64,000 nucleotides of DNA from Alphaproteobacteria bacterium (GTDB taxonomy: Bacteria > Pseudomonadota > Alphaproteobacteria > MPNO01): contig CBDFLJ010000001.1 in the NCBI GenBank assembly GCA_965248835.1, forward strand, positions 1,728,001-1,792,000, in the 5' to 3' direction. Shown here piece by piece: positions 29,789-40,162 of this stretch; the first letter of the stretch is position 1; every line of letters starts with the position of its first letter. The position numbers were made by a program, and so were the translations under genes. The notes under the pieces are model-generated. The model worked only from the letters and a program-made list of their open reading frames with translations. It was not told the DNA's origin and made no database searches.

Positions 29789-30658
29789 TTGTTCGACCCC
29801 GACAAGATGATCGCAATCGACATCCATACCCATGCCGAAGAGCCGTGCGGGACCCATCTCGATGACGGCTACGAGGAATTCCAGGCCGGGATGTCGGCCT
29901 ATTTCAAGATGGACTTCACCCATCCGCCGACCATTCCCGAGACCGCCGCCTATTTCCGCGAGCGCAAGATCGGTGCCGTCATCTTTCCGGTCGATTCCGA
30001 GCGCGAGACGGGGTTCCGCCGCTACAGCAACGATGAGGTGGCCGCGCTCGCCGCCGAGCATGACGATGTGCTGATCCCGTTCGCCAGCATCGACCCCGCC
30101 AAGGGGAAGACCGGCGCGCGAGAGGCGCGCCGCCTGGTCGAGCATTGCGGCATCCGCGGCTTCAAGTTCCATCCGACGATGCAGGGCTTCTATCCCAACG
30201 ACCGCAGCGCCTACGTCCTCTACGAGGCGATCGCCGAAGCCGGCGTCCCGGCGCTGTTCCATACCGGGCAGACCGGGGTCGGTTCGGGCATGCGCGGCGG
30301 CAACGGCATGCGCCTGAAATACTCCAACCCGCTCTATCTCGACGACGTGGCGGTCGATTTCCCCGACATGCCGATCATCCTCGCCCACCCCTCCTTCCCG
30401 TGGCAGGAAGAGGCGCTGTCGGTGGCGACCCACAAGCCCAACGTCTATATCGACCTGTCCGGCTGGTCGCCGAAATATTTCCCGCCGATCCTGGTCCGGT
30501 ACGCCAATTCGCTGTTGAAGGAAAAGGTGCTGTTCGGATCGGACTGGCCGGTGATCACGCCCGACCGCTGGCTGAATGATTTCGACAAGCTCGACATCAA
30601 GCCCGAGGTCCGGCCGCTGATCCTGAAGGAAAACGCCCGCCGCTTGCTGGGGATTTGA
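29789..30658 (+). CDS. Amidohydrolase_2 family protein, resembling 4-hydroxyphenyl-beta-ketoacyl-CoA hydrolase
   Basis: IDIHTHAE, GFKFHP, FHTGQTG, AHPSFPW, DLSGWSPKYF, LFGSDWP; TTG start with GGAGGAG RBS. Confidence 0.78.
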   Translation: MFDPDKMIAIDIHTHAEEPCGTHLDDGYEEFQAGMSAYFKMDFTHPPTIPETAAYFRERKIGAVIFPVDSERETGFRRYSNDEVAALAAEHDDVLIPFASIDPAKGKTGAREARRLVEHCGIRGFKFHPTMQGFYPNDRSAYVLYEAIAEAGVPALFHTGQTGVGSGMRGGNGMRLKYSNPLYLDDVAVDFPDMPIILAHPSFPWQEEALSVATHKPNVYIDLSGWSPKYFPPILVRYANSLLKEKVLFGSDWPVITPDRWLNDFDKLDIKPEVRPLILKENARRLLGI

Positions 30659-30684
30659 CGCCGGCGGTTGCGCCGGCGGCCGTC

Positions 30685-32121
30685 TCAGCGGATCTGGCTC
30701 GGCAGCCAGGTCGCGAGGTCGTCGAAGAAGATCAGCAGCGTCAGCACGATCAGCTTGATGACGATGAACGGCCCGGCGGCGCGCACGACCTGGCCCAGCG
30801 TGACGTTGAACGGCGCCACGCCCTTCATGACGTAGAGCAGCAGCCCGAACGGCGGGGTCAGCAAGCTGATCTCCATGACGATCAGCATCAGGACCATCAG
30901 GTAGATCACGTCGATCCCCTGGGCCTGGGCAAGCGGCACGAAGAACGGCAGCGTCAGCAGGACCATCGACACCTGGTCCATGAAGGCGCCCATGAACAAG
31001 AGCACCAGCATCATCAGGAACATCGCGGTCAGCGGGGTCATCTCGAAGGCGATGATCTCGCGCAGCAGCCCCTGGGTCGCTCCGGAGCTCTCCAACGCCT
31101 GGGTGAACACCAACGAGCCCGCGATGATGAACAGGATCAAGGTGTTGATCTTTGCGGTCTCCATCAGCGCCTTCCACATCTCGCGCCAGGTGAACTCCGC
31201 GCCCTCGATCCCGGTGATCCGGAAGACGGTGCTGAACAGGCGGAACATGTAGCAGAGCACGAACGCCGCGACGCAGCCCAGCGCCGCCGCCTCGGTCGGC
31301 GCCGCAAGCTTCATGAAGATGCTGCCCACGACGACCACGAAGATCATGAACAGCGGCGTGATGTAGACGGTGAACGGCAGCCATCGGTTCAGCGCCTGCT
31401 TGGCCGGGCCGTCATAGACGCGCCGGTAGCGGCACGCGCCGCGCCAATGGAGCTCGAAAGCGATCGGCTCCTCAAGGTGGCTGAGGTCGAGCTCGTAGCC
31501 CGGTGCGAGCGAAGGATTGATCATGCTGCGGCCGATCACGTAGGTGAAAAACAGCGCCGCCATGAACAGGCCCGGCACGATACCGGCGATCAGCAGCTTG
31601 GCGATCGACTGGTCGGCCAGGCTCGCCAGCAGCACCGCCAGCGCCGAGGGCGGGATAAGCACCGCGATCCCGCCGACCGCCATGATCGGCCCCATCGCAA
31701 AGGTGGGCGCGTAGCCGCGGCGGACCATCTCGGGCAGCAGCACCGAGCCCAGGATCGCGGTGTTGGCGATCGAGGATCCCGAAAGCGAGGAAAATATCGT
31801 CCCACCGGCGATTGAGACCACCGCGAGCCGGCCCGGCACGCGGGCGATCAGCCGGTCGATCGCGCCGATCGCCTTGAAGGCGACACCGGTGTGCAACAGG
31901 ATCTCGCCCATCAGCAGGAACAGCGCGATCGGCGTCAGGATGAATTTGGTCACCGCGAGCTGGAACTCCATGGGCATCTCCTCGAGCCCGAGGCTGCCGC
32001 CGATGAACAAATAGGTGCCCAATATGTTGGTCGCGAAGAACGCAAACGCGACCGGCATGCCGAGGAACATCGCAACGCACACGGTGCCCAGCAGCAGGAC
32101 CAGCGCGAAATACCACTCCAT
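30685..32121 (-). CDS. TRAP transporter large permease (DctM)
   Basis: SGSSIA, LIPPS, PTEAAA, TPPFG motifs; start MEWYF. Confidence 0.9.
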   Translation of the reverse strand: MEWYFALVLLLGTVCVAMFLGMPVAFAFFATNILGTYLFIGGSLGLEEMPMEFQLAVTKFILTPIALFLLMGEILLHTGVAFKAIGAIDRLIARVPGRLAVVSIAGGTIFSSLSGSSIANTAILGSVLLPEMVRRGYAPTFAMGPIMAVGGIAVLIPPSALAVLLASLADQSIAKLLIAGIVPGLFMAALFFTYVIGRSMINPSLAPGYELDLSHLEEPIAFELHWRGACRYRRVYDGPAKQALNRWLPFTVYITPLFMIFVVVVGSIFMKLAAPTEAAALGCVAAFVLCYMFRLFSTVFRITGIEGAEFTWREMWKALMETAKINTLILFIIAGSLVFTQALESSGATQGLLREIIAFEMTPLTAMFLMMLVLLFMGAFMDQVSMVLLTLPFFVPLAQAQGIDVIYLMVLMLIVMEISLLTPPFGLLLYVMKGVAPFNVTLGQVVRAAGPFIVIKLIVLTLLIFFDDLATWLPSQIR

Positions 32122-32123
32122 CC

Positions 32124-32654
32124 TCAGAACCCCGCTTTGGCGGTCGCGTCGGCTTCTTCCTTGACGACCGCGTGCGCGCGCCGCGCGCGCAGCACGAACT
32201 CGATCGTCAGCATGGCGAAGGCGACCGCAAACGCGGTCATCAGATACCAGTTGGCGATGACCAGGAGCTTGTCTGGGAGATATCCTTCGACGTAATGCAG
32301 GATCGTCGCTTCGATGCCGTAATAGCAAAGCGCTGCACACAAGAGCGCTCCGGCGATGTCGAGGACCTGCTCCAGCCGGGCAGCCGCCGGTGTCGGCAGG
32401 ATGGTGAGCAGGACGTCGACGCGGACGTGCGCGCCGAGCTGCAGCACCCAGGGCGCGCCGAGAAAGATCCCGAAATAGAGCGCGTATTCGACCCCCTCGT
32501 AGAGCCAGGGCATGTTGCCCCATTTGAGGCTGCGGATCAGCAGGTCGAGCGGGATCAGCACCGCCATGAGCCCGATCGAGACCGCGACCAGCCCGGCCAG
32601 GAAAGCGTTCACGCGGTGAAATCCGGCTTCGAACCGATCGATGAAGTCCGTCAT
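32124..32654 (-). CDS. TRAP transporter small permease (DctQ)
   Basis: 4 TM segments, HVRVD motif, located between dctP and dctM. Confidence 0.88.
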   Translation of the reverse strand: MTDFIDRFEAGFHRVNAFLAGLVAVSIGLMAVLIPLDLLIRSLKWGNMPWLYEGVEYALYFGIFLGAPWVLQLGAHVRVDVLLTILPTPAAARLEQVLDIAGALLCAALCYYGIEATILHYVEGYLPDKLLVIANWYLMTAFAVAFAMLTIEFVLRARRAHAVVKEEADATAKAGF

Positions 32655-32758
32655 GCAGGCGTCCGATCAAGCCCCGGCGGATGCGTCCCCCAAGGTCGGG
32701 CCGGCCGCCGGCGGGACGGCGTGCGCTCCCCGCCGGCGGTCGCGGCCCGGATGCCGCC

Positions 32759-33733
32759 CTACTGCCGCGTGAACAGCTTGCGCAGTTTCGGGCCGTGCTC
32801 CGGGCTCTTTTCGATCACCTCGGCCCAGGCCGCATCAGCGGCGGTCTTGAGCCACTTCTCGCGGGCCGCGCCGTGGAAGGCGATCGGCTCCAGCCCGTTC
32901 TTCTTCAGCCACTCCTTGCGCTCGGGCAAGGTCTCGACGCGCTTGACCTCCTCCTTCTCGTGGGCCAGCGCGACCCGCGTGAAGACCTCACGCTGCGCGT
33001 TGGTCAGCGCCTTCCATTTGTCGAGGTTCATCAGACTGAAGATGCCGGCGTTGTAGAAACCGTGATCGACCCAGTACTTGGTCACCTTGGTCCAGGCATT
33101 GGGCCAGCCGAGCGCCGGCCAGCCGTAGCCGACGACGGTGCCGTTTTCCATGTAGGTATAGACTTGGGCGATGTTCGAGCGCTGCACCGTGGCGCCCAGC
33201 GCCTTGAAGAACGGCGTGTAGACCGGGGCCACGCGCAGATGCATGCCCGTCAGGTCCGGCTTGGTGATCTTCTTGTTGAGCCACAGGAAGAACGGCCCGT
33301 TGTCCATCGCCAAGCCGATGAAGCGGACGTTCTTCTCCTCGAACAGCTTGGCGTAGTAGTCCCAGGCGCCGTTCTTGCGGTTCTCGGCCGCGGTGAAGTC
33401 GCTCAGCCGGGTCGCCGGCGCCTCGGGCAGGATGTTGCCGTAATAGGCATCGGGGCAGCCGATATAGTCGTTGATGCCGCGCGCCATGCGCCGGGTCATG
33501 GTGAACGGGCTGCCGATCGCCGGCGCGCCGCCGACGACCTTGATCTGAACGAGGCCTTTGGCTTCCTTGTTCAACTGCTTGACGAATTTCTCGAAGCCGA
33601 CGGACACCACGCTGCCGATGGGAAAGCAGCTCGCACCCTTCAGCGTAACCTCCTTGGCGCCCGCTGCGGAGGCGCCGAGCCCGAGTGCCGCGACCGCGGC
33701 CACCGCGCCCAAAAACGATTTCCGTCCGGTCAT
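32759..33733 (-). CDS. TRAP transporter substrate-binding protein (DctP)
   Basis: Signal peptide ending AGA-K; DLTGMHLRV, FFKALGA, VYTYMENGTVVG. Confidence 0.88.
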   Translation of the reverse strand: MTGRKSFLGAVAAVAALGLGASAAGAKEVTLKGASCFPIGSVVSVGFEKFVKQLNKEAKGLVQIKVVGGAPAIGSPFTMTRRMARGINDYIGCPDAYYGNILPEAPATRLSDFTAAENRKNGAWDYYAKLFEEKNVRFIGLAMDNGPFFLWLNKKITKPDLTGMHLRVAPVYTPFFKALGATVQRSNIAQVYTYMENGTVVGYGWPALGWPNAWTKVTKYWVDHGFYNAGIFSLMNLDKWKALTNAQREVFTRVALAHEKEEVKRVETLPERKEWLKKNGLEPIAFHGAAREKWLKTAADAAWAEVIEKSPEHGPKLRKLFTRQ

Positions 33734-33849
33734 CAGTCGCTGTCCTCCCTGGCGTTTCGTTGCCATGGCCTTGAGTCCTGCAAGGTTCCATGTCGCGCCA
33801 TTATAGCGGCTCGGTTCACCTGCTGAATACCGAATTTCCGGCTGTCCCG

Positions 33850-34854
33850 CTAGACCGGCCGGCCGGCGGCCATGCCGCGCTTGCCCAACGAGCCCCGCCT
33901 CAGCTTGTCGAGGTAGTAGGCATCGAAGGTCTCGGCCGGGTATCTCGCGGCCTCTCCGCCGGCGGTGATGCAGCGGATCTCGGCGTCGTAGTTCGGATTG
34001 TGGAAGAACACGATCGAGATGCGGTCCTCCGCCGGGGCGCCGTCGGGCGGGATGCCGACACGGTGCAGGGTCGACACCCAGCGGTCGTTGGCCCAGCGCG
34101 CCATCGCATCGCCGATGTTGCAGATGAACCCGCCTTCGGGCCGGACGATGTCGGTCCACGCGCCGTGGCGCAGCTTGACCTGCAGCCCGCCGGGCAGGTT
34201 GTCGCCGCGCAGGATGGTGAGCGTGCCGTAGTCGGTGTGCTCGCCCGCGCGCCGCTGCCCCGGCGTGGGCGCGACCGCGCCGGGATAGCGGATCAGTCGC
34301 AGGCTGGAGGTGTGGCGGTCGATCTTGTCCTCGAAAAAGTCTTGCGGCAGACCGAGCGCGAGGGCGAAGGCCTGCATCAAGGCTTGCGCCAACGGCTCCA
34401 TCGCCGCGAAATAACCGCTCATCAGCGCCTGCAGGCCGGGCCGCGCGGCGGGCCAGCGGTTGGCCGCAAAGAAGGTCCGCGCACGTGCGCAGGTGAAATA
34501 GGACTCGTCAGGGACCCCCACCGGACCCATCGCGAAGCTCTCCTGCAGGTCGGGCGGGGTCTCGGCGCCCAGCGAATAGGCGAGCGAACGCTCGTTCGGC
34601 CGGTACCAGCCGCGGCTCGCGCGGCTGTCGGGCCGGGCGACCGCCTGCTTGTCGGGCTCGGGCAGGGCGAAGAACCGGACCGCCTCGGCGCGCAGAAGGT
34701 CGATCGCCGGCTCCGGCACGCCGTGGCCGGTGATCGCGAAGAACCCGGTCTCGGTGCAGGCCGCATCGATCGCCCGTGCCACCGCCATACGGTCCCCGGC
34801 GGCGCCCTTCAGGAAGGGCTCGAAATCGATCGTCGGTACGGCGTTCTCGTGCAT
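33850..34854 (-). CDS. Isopenicillin N synthase family Fe(II)/2OG oxygenase
   Basis: ACTETGFF, HTDYG, NIGD, LHRV, RISIVFF. Confidence 0.9.
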   Translation of the reverse strand: MHENAVPTIDFEPFLKGAAGDRMAVARAIDAACTETGFFAITGHGVPEPAIDLLRAEAVRFFALPEPDKQAVARPDSRASRGWYRPNERSLAYSLGAETPPDLQESFAMGPVGVPDESYFTCARARTFFAANRWPAARPGLQALMSGYFAAMEPLAQALMQAFALALGLPQDFFEDKIDRHTSSLRLIRYPGAVAPTPGQRRAGEHTDYGTLTILRGDNLPGGLQVKLRHGAWTDIVRPEGGFICNIGDAMARWANDRWVSTLHRVGIPPDGAPAEDRISIVFFHNPNYDAEIRCITAGGEAARYPAETFDAYYLDKLRRGSLGKRGMAAGRPV

Positions 34855-34930
34855 CGTTCCGTCCTCCGCCCGCGGCCGGGACCGCCGCGAGTGTACAGCC
34901 GCGCCCAACTCGGTTACCAAGGTCGGCGCC

Positions 34931-36070
34931 ATGCAACCCTACCAGGATCGCAACCGTCATTTCGAGGCCCTGATCGCCGATCCGGACCTGATCTGGATGG
35001 GCCAGAATACCAACCACCTGCCGAGCCACCCGGCGGTCAAGCGCGCGATGATCGCCGCGATCGAGGCGGAGGACTATCACGCCTACGCGCCGCCGGTGGG
35101 GCTGGAGGCCCTGCGCAGCTTGATCCTCGCCGACTTTGCCGTCGAAGGTGCCGACGTCCTGATCACCGACGGGGCGATCGAAGGGCTCTATCATGTCTGC
35201 CGCCAGCTGCTCGCGCCGGGCACGCGGATGATCACCACCGATCCGGGCTGGCCCTGGCCGGAGGCGTTCTCCAGACAGTCGGGCGCCGACGTGCTCGCTT
35301 TGCCGGTCTACGAGGCCGAGCAGGACTACAAGCTCACCGCCGCCCAGCTCCAGGCCGCGGTCGATGATGGCGGGGCGGCGCTGATCTATCTGATCGATCC
35401 GCTGAACCCGCTGGGCGTGTCCTATTCGTGCGATGAAATCCAGGCCTTCGCGGACATCGCGCGCAAGGCCGGGGCGTGGCTGGTCCACGACTGCACCTAC
35501 CGCCATTTCGCCCGCGCTCACACGCTGGCGTTCCGCCACTATCCCGAGGGGACGATCACCACCTACAGCTTTTCCAAATGGCTGGGGCTCGCGGGCCTGC
35601 GCCTGGGCGGCCTGATGGCCCGGCCCGAGACGATCGAGGCCCTGTCGGCGGCCCAGCCCAACGCGCTGGGCTCGAGCCTGATCGCCCAGCGCGGCGCTAT
35701 CGCCGGGCTCCGGACCAGGGCGGAATGGTTTCCCGAGGTCAACCGCATCCAGCGTGCGAACCAGGACGCGATCCATCGGGCGGTCGCGCCGATCAACGGG
35801 CTCGCCATGCCGGTCTATCCCTCCGACGGCAATTTCGTGGTGATTGACGCCAGCGCCGCCGGCATCGCGCCCGAGACCCTGGTCGCGCGCTACCGTGAGC
35901 GTGGCATCATGATCCGCCAGGCCGCCTATCAGTCCAGGCGCTACGCCGATCGTTTCGTGAAGGTCTCGACCACGGTTCCGGTCGAGCACGCGCGGCGGTT
36001 CTGCGACCTCCTGCCGGAAGTCGCCGCGGCCGCCCTGGAGGATGACGGATCGGACCGCGCGTTCTATTGA
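34931..36070 (+). CDS. PLP-dependent aminotransferase class I/II
   Basis: DPLNPLG, HDCTY, SFSKWLGLAGLRLG. Confidence 0.88.
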   Translation: MQPYQDRNRHFEALIADPDLIWMGQNTNHLPSHPAVKRAMIAAIEAEDYHAYAPPVGLEALRSLILADFAVEGADVLITDGAIEGLYHVCRQLLAPGTRMITTDPGWPWPEAFSRQSGADVLALPVYEAEQDYKLTAAQLQAAVDDGGAALIYLIDPLNPLGVSYSCDEIQAFADIARKAGAWLVHDCTYRHFARAHTLAFRHYPEGTITTYSFSKWLGLAGLRLGGLMARPETIEALSAAQPNALGSSLIAQRGAIAGLRTRAEWFPEVNRIQRANQDAIHRAVAPINGLAMPVYPSDGNFVVIDASAAGIAPETLVARYRERGIMIRQAAYQSRRYADRFVKVSTTVPVEHARRFCDLLPEVAAAALEDDGSDRAFY

Positions 36071-36098
36071 CCCGAGCGGGATCACGGGAGGCAAGTCG

Positions 36099-36993
36099 AT
36101 GGCTTATGCCGATGCGGACGGCGTAAAGCTCTATTACGAAGAGACCGGCGAGGGGTACGCCGGTCGTCTTCGTCCACGAGTTCGCCGGCGACTACCGGAG
36201 CTGGGAGCCGCAGGTCCGCCATTTCTCCAGGCGCTATCGCTGCGTGGCATTCAACGCCCGCGGCTATCCGCCGTCGGACGTGCCCGAGGACCAGGCGCTG
36301 TATTCCCAGGACATCGCAGCCGATGACATCGCTGCGGTCATGAAGGCGGCGGGGATCGGCCGCGCGCACGTCGTCGGCCTCTCGATGGGCGGGTTCGCGG
36401 CGCTCCATTTCGGGCTGCGCTACGCCGCGATGGCCGAATCGATCGTCGTCGCGGCCTGCGGCTACGGGGCCAAGCCCGAGGAAAGCGAGCAATACGCCGC
36501 GGACTCCGAGGCGCTGGCCGGCGCGTATGAGCAGCGCGGCGCGCCCGCTCTCGCCGAGGACTATGCCGCCGGCGCCTACCGGTTGCAGCTCAAGGGCAAG
36601 GACCCGCGCGGCTGGCTCGAATTCAAGGACCAACTCGCCCGGCATTCGGCCGAGGGCGCGGCAAGGACCATGCGCGGGGTGCAGAAGCACCGCCCGTCGC
36701 TGTGGCATCTGGAAGACGGGCTGAAGGCGATGTCGGTGCCGGCCCTGATCGTGACTGGAGACGAGGACGATTGGTGTCTGGAGCCCGGCATCTTCCTCAA
36801 GCGGACCATTCCCACGGCGGCGCTGTGGGTGGTGCCCAAGACCGGGCATACCGTCAACCTCGAGGAGCCGGCGCTGTTCAACCAGGCGCTCGCCGATTTC
36901 TTCGCCACCGTCGAGGCGGGGAAATGGACCGCCCGGCCGTTCGCGCAGGGCGCCTCGGCGCTGCTGTCGGGCCTGACCCGGGACGACGCCTAA
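36099..36993 (+). CDS. Alpha/beta hydrolase, interrupted by a one-base insertion in a G run near 36152-36155
   Basis: MAYADADGVKLYYEETGEG joins TPVVFVHEFAGDYRSW if one G is removed; VGLSMGG nucleophile elbow, GHTVNLEEP. Confidence 0.8.
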
Positions 36994-36996
36994 AGC

Positions 36997-38231
36997 ATGA
37001 ATGCCGCCTCCGGCGTCGATGAGGCCCGCCTCTGGCAACGGCACATGGATCTCGCCCGGCTGGGTGCAACGGACAAAGGCGGGGTCAACCGCCAGGCGCT
37101 GAGCGCCGAGGAATGCGCGGCCCGTGCGCTGCTCGCCCGATGGGCCGGTGAGCTCGGCTACGCGGTCCATGTCGATGGGATCTCGAACCTGTTCATCCGC
37201 CGCGAGGGCGCCGACCCCGCGCTCGCCCCGGTGCTGACCGGCTCTCATATAGACACCCAGCCGACGGGCGGCAAGTTCGACGGCGCCTTCGGGGTGCTCG
37301 CCGGGCTCGAGGCGCTCCAGGCGCTCGATGCGGTCGGCATCGAAACAAGCCGGCCGATTGAGGTCGTCGCCTGGCTCAACGAGGAGGGCTCGCGCTTCGC
37401 CCCGGGCATGATGGGCTCCGAGGCGTTCTGCGGCCTTCGCCGGCGCGATGAGATGATTGCCGTCACCGACCGTGCCGGGGTCCGGCTCGGCGATGTCCTG
37501 GGATCGGCGATCGAGGCAACGCCCGCCGCCGGGCGTCGCCGATCGGTTTCCCCGTGGCTGCCTTCGTCGAGGCCCATATCGAGCAGGGCCCCGAGCTCGA
37601 ACGGCAGGGAAAGACGATCGGCGTGGTGACCGGGATCCAGTGCGTCCGCCGGATGCGCGTGCGTATCACCGGCGAGGAGGCTCATGCCGGCACCACGCCC
37701 CGCCCGGCCCGCCGCGATGCCCTGTGGGAGGCCGCACGCGCGGTCTCGGCGCTGCACGACCGGCTCCATGTCGATGCCGACGTGCGCTTGACCGTGGGCC
37801 GGATGGAGATCACCCCCAACGTGCCCTCGGTGGTGGCCTCGCAGGTCGTCTTCTCGCTCGACATCCGCCATCCGGTGAGCGAAACCCTGGCCGGGCTCGA
37901 GGCCGAGGTCGCCGGCATCTGCCGGGACGCGCTGGTCGCCTGCCGGGCGGAGGCCTGGACCATTGCGGCGGCGCCGTCGGTCTGGTTCGACGAGACCGTC
38001 AGGCAGACCATCGAGGCGGTGGCCGGCGACCTCGGGCTCGCCCACATGCGGCTGTTCTCCGGCGCCGGGCACGATGCCCGCCAGCTCAGCCTGGTCTGTC
38101 CGACCGGCATGATCTTCGTGCCCTGCGCCGGCGGTATCAGCCACAACGAGGCCGAGAGCGCCACGCCGGCCGATCTCGCCGCCGGCACCCGCGTGCTCGC
38201 CGAGGCCCTGGTCCGGCTCGCCGCGCGCTGA
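36997..38231 (+). CDS. Zn-dependent hydrolase (M20, beta-ureidopropionase/allantoate amidohydrolase-like), interrupted by a one-base deletion near 37540
   Basis: GSHIDTQPTGGKFDG and NEEGSRF in the first frame; PIGFPVAAFVEAHIEQGP...SGAGHDA...SHNEAE in the second frame. Confidence 0.8.
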
Positions 38232-39112
38232 TGGGTGCGCTGACCCGGCTCCGGGGCTCGACCGCGGCGCGCGGTGCGGTATGGATGCTGCTGGCCGCGT
38301 TGATGTACACGCTCACCGGCGCGATGGTCCGTCACCTTGCGGCCGGCTATTCGGTGTTCGAGGTCGGCTTCTTCCGCAGCGTCATCGCGCTCGCGATCCT
38401 GCTGCCGTTTGCGCTCGGCGGCAGCCGGCGGACCGTGCATGAGCGGCTGAGGACACGGAAATTCCCGCTGCACGTCCTGCGCACCGTGCTCGCCTATGTC
38501 GGCATCATGTGCTGGTTCTACGCGGTCTCGCACATCCCGCTGGCCGACTACTACGCGCTGCAGTTCCTGACGCCGCTGTTCACCATGGCCGGCGCCGCGC
38601 TGCTGCTGGGCGAGCGCATCGGCTGCCGGCATTGGCTGGCGGCGCTGGTGGGGCTCGCCGGCGCGCTGGTGATCCTGCGGCCGGGATTGATCGAGGTCGG
38701 CCTCGGCGTGGTCGCCGCGGTCGGCGCTGCACTGTTCTTCGCCTCGACCAACTGGACGGTCCGGGTGCTGTCGCGGACCGATTCGGCCCGCGTGATCCTG
38801 ACCTACGGCAATTTGCTGCTGATCCCGATGTCGCTGATCCCCGCACTGCCGGTCTGGGTGACGCCGGGCTGGACGGACCTCATGTGGCTGTGCGGGGTGG
38901 GCGTGGCCGGAACTATCGCCCAGTTCTCGATCACCCGGGCGGTGGGCGCGGCCGATGCGCGCATCGTCCAGCCGTTCGACTTCACCCGCCTGCCGTTCGC
39001 CGCGGCGATCGGCTGGCTCGCCTTTGGCGAGGTTTCCGACATCTGGACCTGGGTCGGCGCCGTGATCATCTTCGCCGCGGCGAGCTACGTCCTGCGGCTG
39101 GAGCGGCGCTGA
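38231..39112 (+). CDS. DMT/EamA family transporter
   Basis: About 10 TM; FFRS, LLGERIG, LRPG, PFDFTRLP; TGATG coupling to the upstream gene. Confidence 0.85.
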   Translation: MGALTRLRGSTAARGAVWMLLAALMYTLTGAMVRHLAAGYSVFEVGFFRSVIALAILLPFALGGSRRTVHERLRTRKFPLHVLRTVLAYVGIMCWFYAVSHIPLADYYALQFLTPLFTMAGAALLLGERIGCRHWLAALVGLAGALVILRPGLIEVGLGVVAAVGAALFFASTNWTVRVLSRTDSARVILTYGNLLLIPMSLIPALPVWVTPGWTDLMWLCGVGVAGTIAQFSITRAVGAADARIVQPFDFTRLPFAAAIGWLAFGEVSDIWTWVGAVIIFAAASYVLRLERR

Positions 39113-39118
39113 ACCTGC

Positions 39119-39622
39119 TCAGGCCGCGACGTAGCGGTCGCGCGCGACGCCGGCCAGATTCATCCCCTCGACCCGGATGAGCTTGGTGTCGTCCTCCCGA
39201 CGCGGCGAGTGGAGGTCGCCCTCGTTGTAGAGATGAGCGGCGCCGGGTTGCAGCGCATAGACCCTGACTTGCTCGACGAGGCCGGGCTCATCGCCCTGCG
39301 GCGGCTTGACCTTGCGCCAGTCGGTCATCTCGGTCTCGCCCACCGCCTGACCGTAGATCGCCCAGGACGAGGCGTGGTCGTGGGGGTTGCTTCCCTTGGC
39401 GCCGCTGTACACGTGGGCCAGGATGCAGAAGCCGAACTCCGGGTCCTGGTAGATGATCTTGCGCTCGTCCCGGTTCTCGGGACCCAAGTGGCTGGCGATG
39501 AAGTCCTGGTCCTTCAGCGCCTTCTCGACGTACCGGCACACCTTCTCGCGGCCCGGCGGCCCGGCATCCTCGGCAATCGCGGCATGACAGTCCGCGGCGA
39601 GGTTCTCCAGCGTGTAGCTCAT
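39119..39622 (-). CDS. Cupin-fold metalloprotein (cysteine dioxygenase-like)
   Basis: PHDH..SWAIYGQ...LHSP three-His cupin pattern; AGGAGAG RBS. Confidence 0.7.
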   Translation of the reverse strand: MSYTLENLAADCHAAIAEDAGPPGREKVCRYVEKALKDQDFIASHLGPENRDERKIIYQDPEFGFCILAHVYSGAKGSNPHDHASSWAIYGQAVGETEMTDWRKVKPPQGDEPGLVEQVRVYALQPGAAHLYNEGDLHSPRREDDTKLIRVEGMNLAGVARDRYVAA

Positions 39623-39651
39623 CGACGGCTCTCCTTTTGCAGCGGCCGGGC

Positions 39652-39681
39652 ATTATAATTCGCCCTGCGGGGCGAGCGCAA
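39652..39681. promoter_or_regulatory. Divergent promoter region with palindromic ATTATAAT -10 and TCGCCC-TGCG-GGGCGA inverted repeat
   Basis: TATAAT readable on both strands; minus-strand TTGCGC 18 bp upstream; inverted repeat at 39660-39675. Confidence 0.4.
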
Positions 39682-39693
39682 AAGGAGGTGACG

Positions 39694-40134
39694 ATGTCCA
39701 TGAACGTCCGCCGGGTGGTCACCGGCCACGATGAAGCGGGGAAACCGGTGGTGATCATCGACGACATCGCGCGGAACGGCGCCTCGCGCCGGCGCGGCCA
39801 CGACTCCCGCGTCGTCTGGGTGACCGAGCCCGCGCGCCCGCCCAATTCGGGCAGCGAGGACGCCGGCGCGCTGCCGGTCGGCCGCCCGCCGCCGCCGGGC
39901 GGGACCATCTTCCGGGTGATGGAGCTCCAGCCCGACCAGGAATTGGAGATGCACACGACCCGGACCATCGACTACGTCGTGGTCATCGAGGGCGAGCTCA
40001 ACCTGGTGCTCGAGGACTCCGAGGTGCCGCTACGCCCGGGCGATTGTCTGGTCCAGCGCGGCACCAGCCACGCTTGGCGCAACACCGGCGCCGGCCCATG
40101 CCGCCTCGCCGCCGTCCTGATCGACGCGTCTTAG
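39694..40134 (+). CDS. Cupin domain protein
   Basis: RRVVTGHD, MHTTRTIDY, VQRGTSHAWRN. Confidence 0.85.
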   Translation: MSMNVRRVVTGHDEAGKPVVIIDDIARNGASRRRGHDSRVVWVTEPARPPNSGSEDAGALPVGRPPPPGGTIFRVMELQPDQELEMHTTRTIDYVVVIEGELNLVLEDSEVPLRPGDCLVQRGTSHAWRNTGAGPCRLAAVLIDAS

Positions 40135-40162
40135 ACGGGGATGCGCGATTGGCGCCGGGCGG

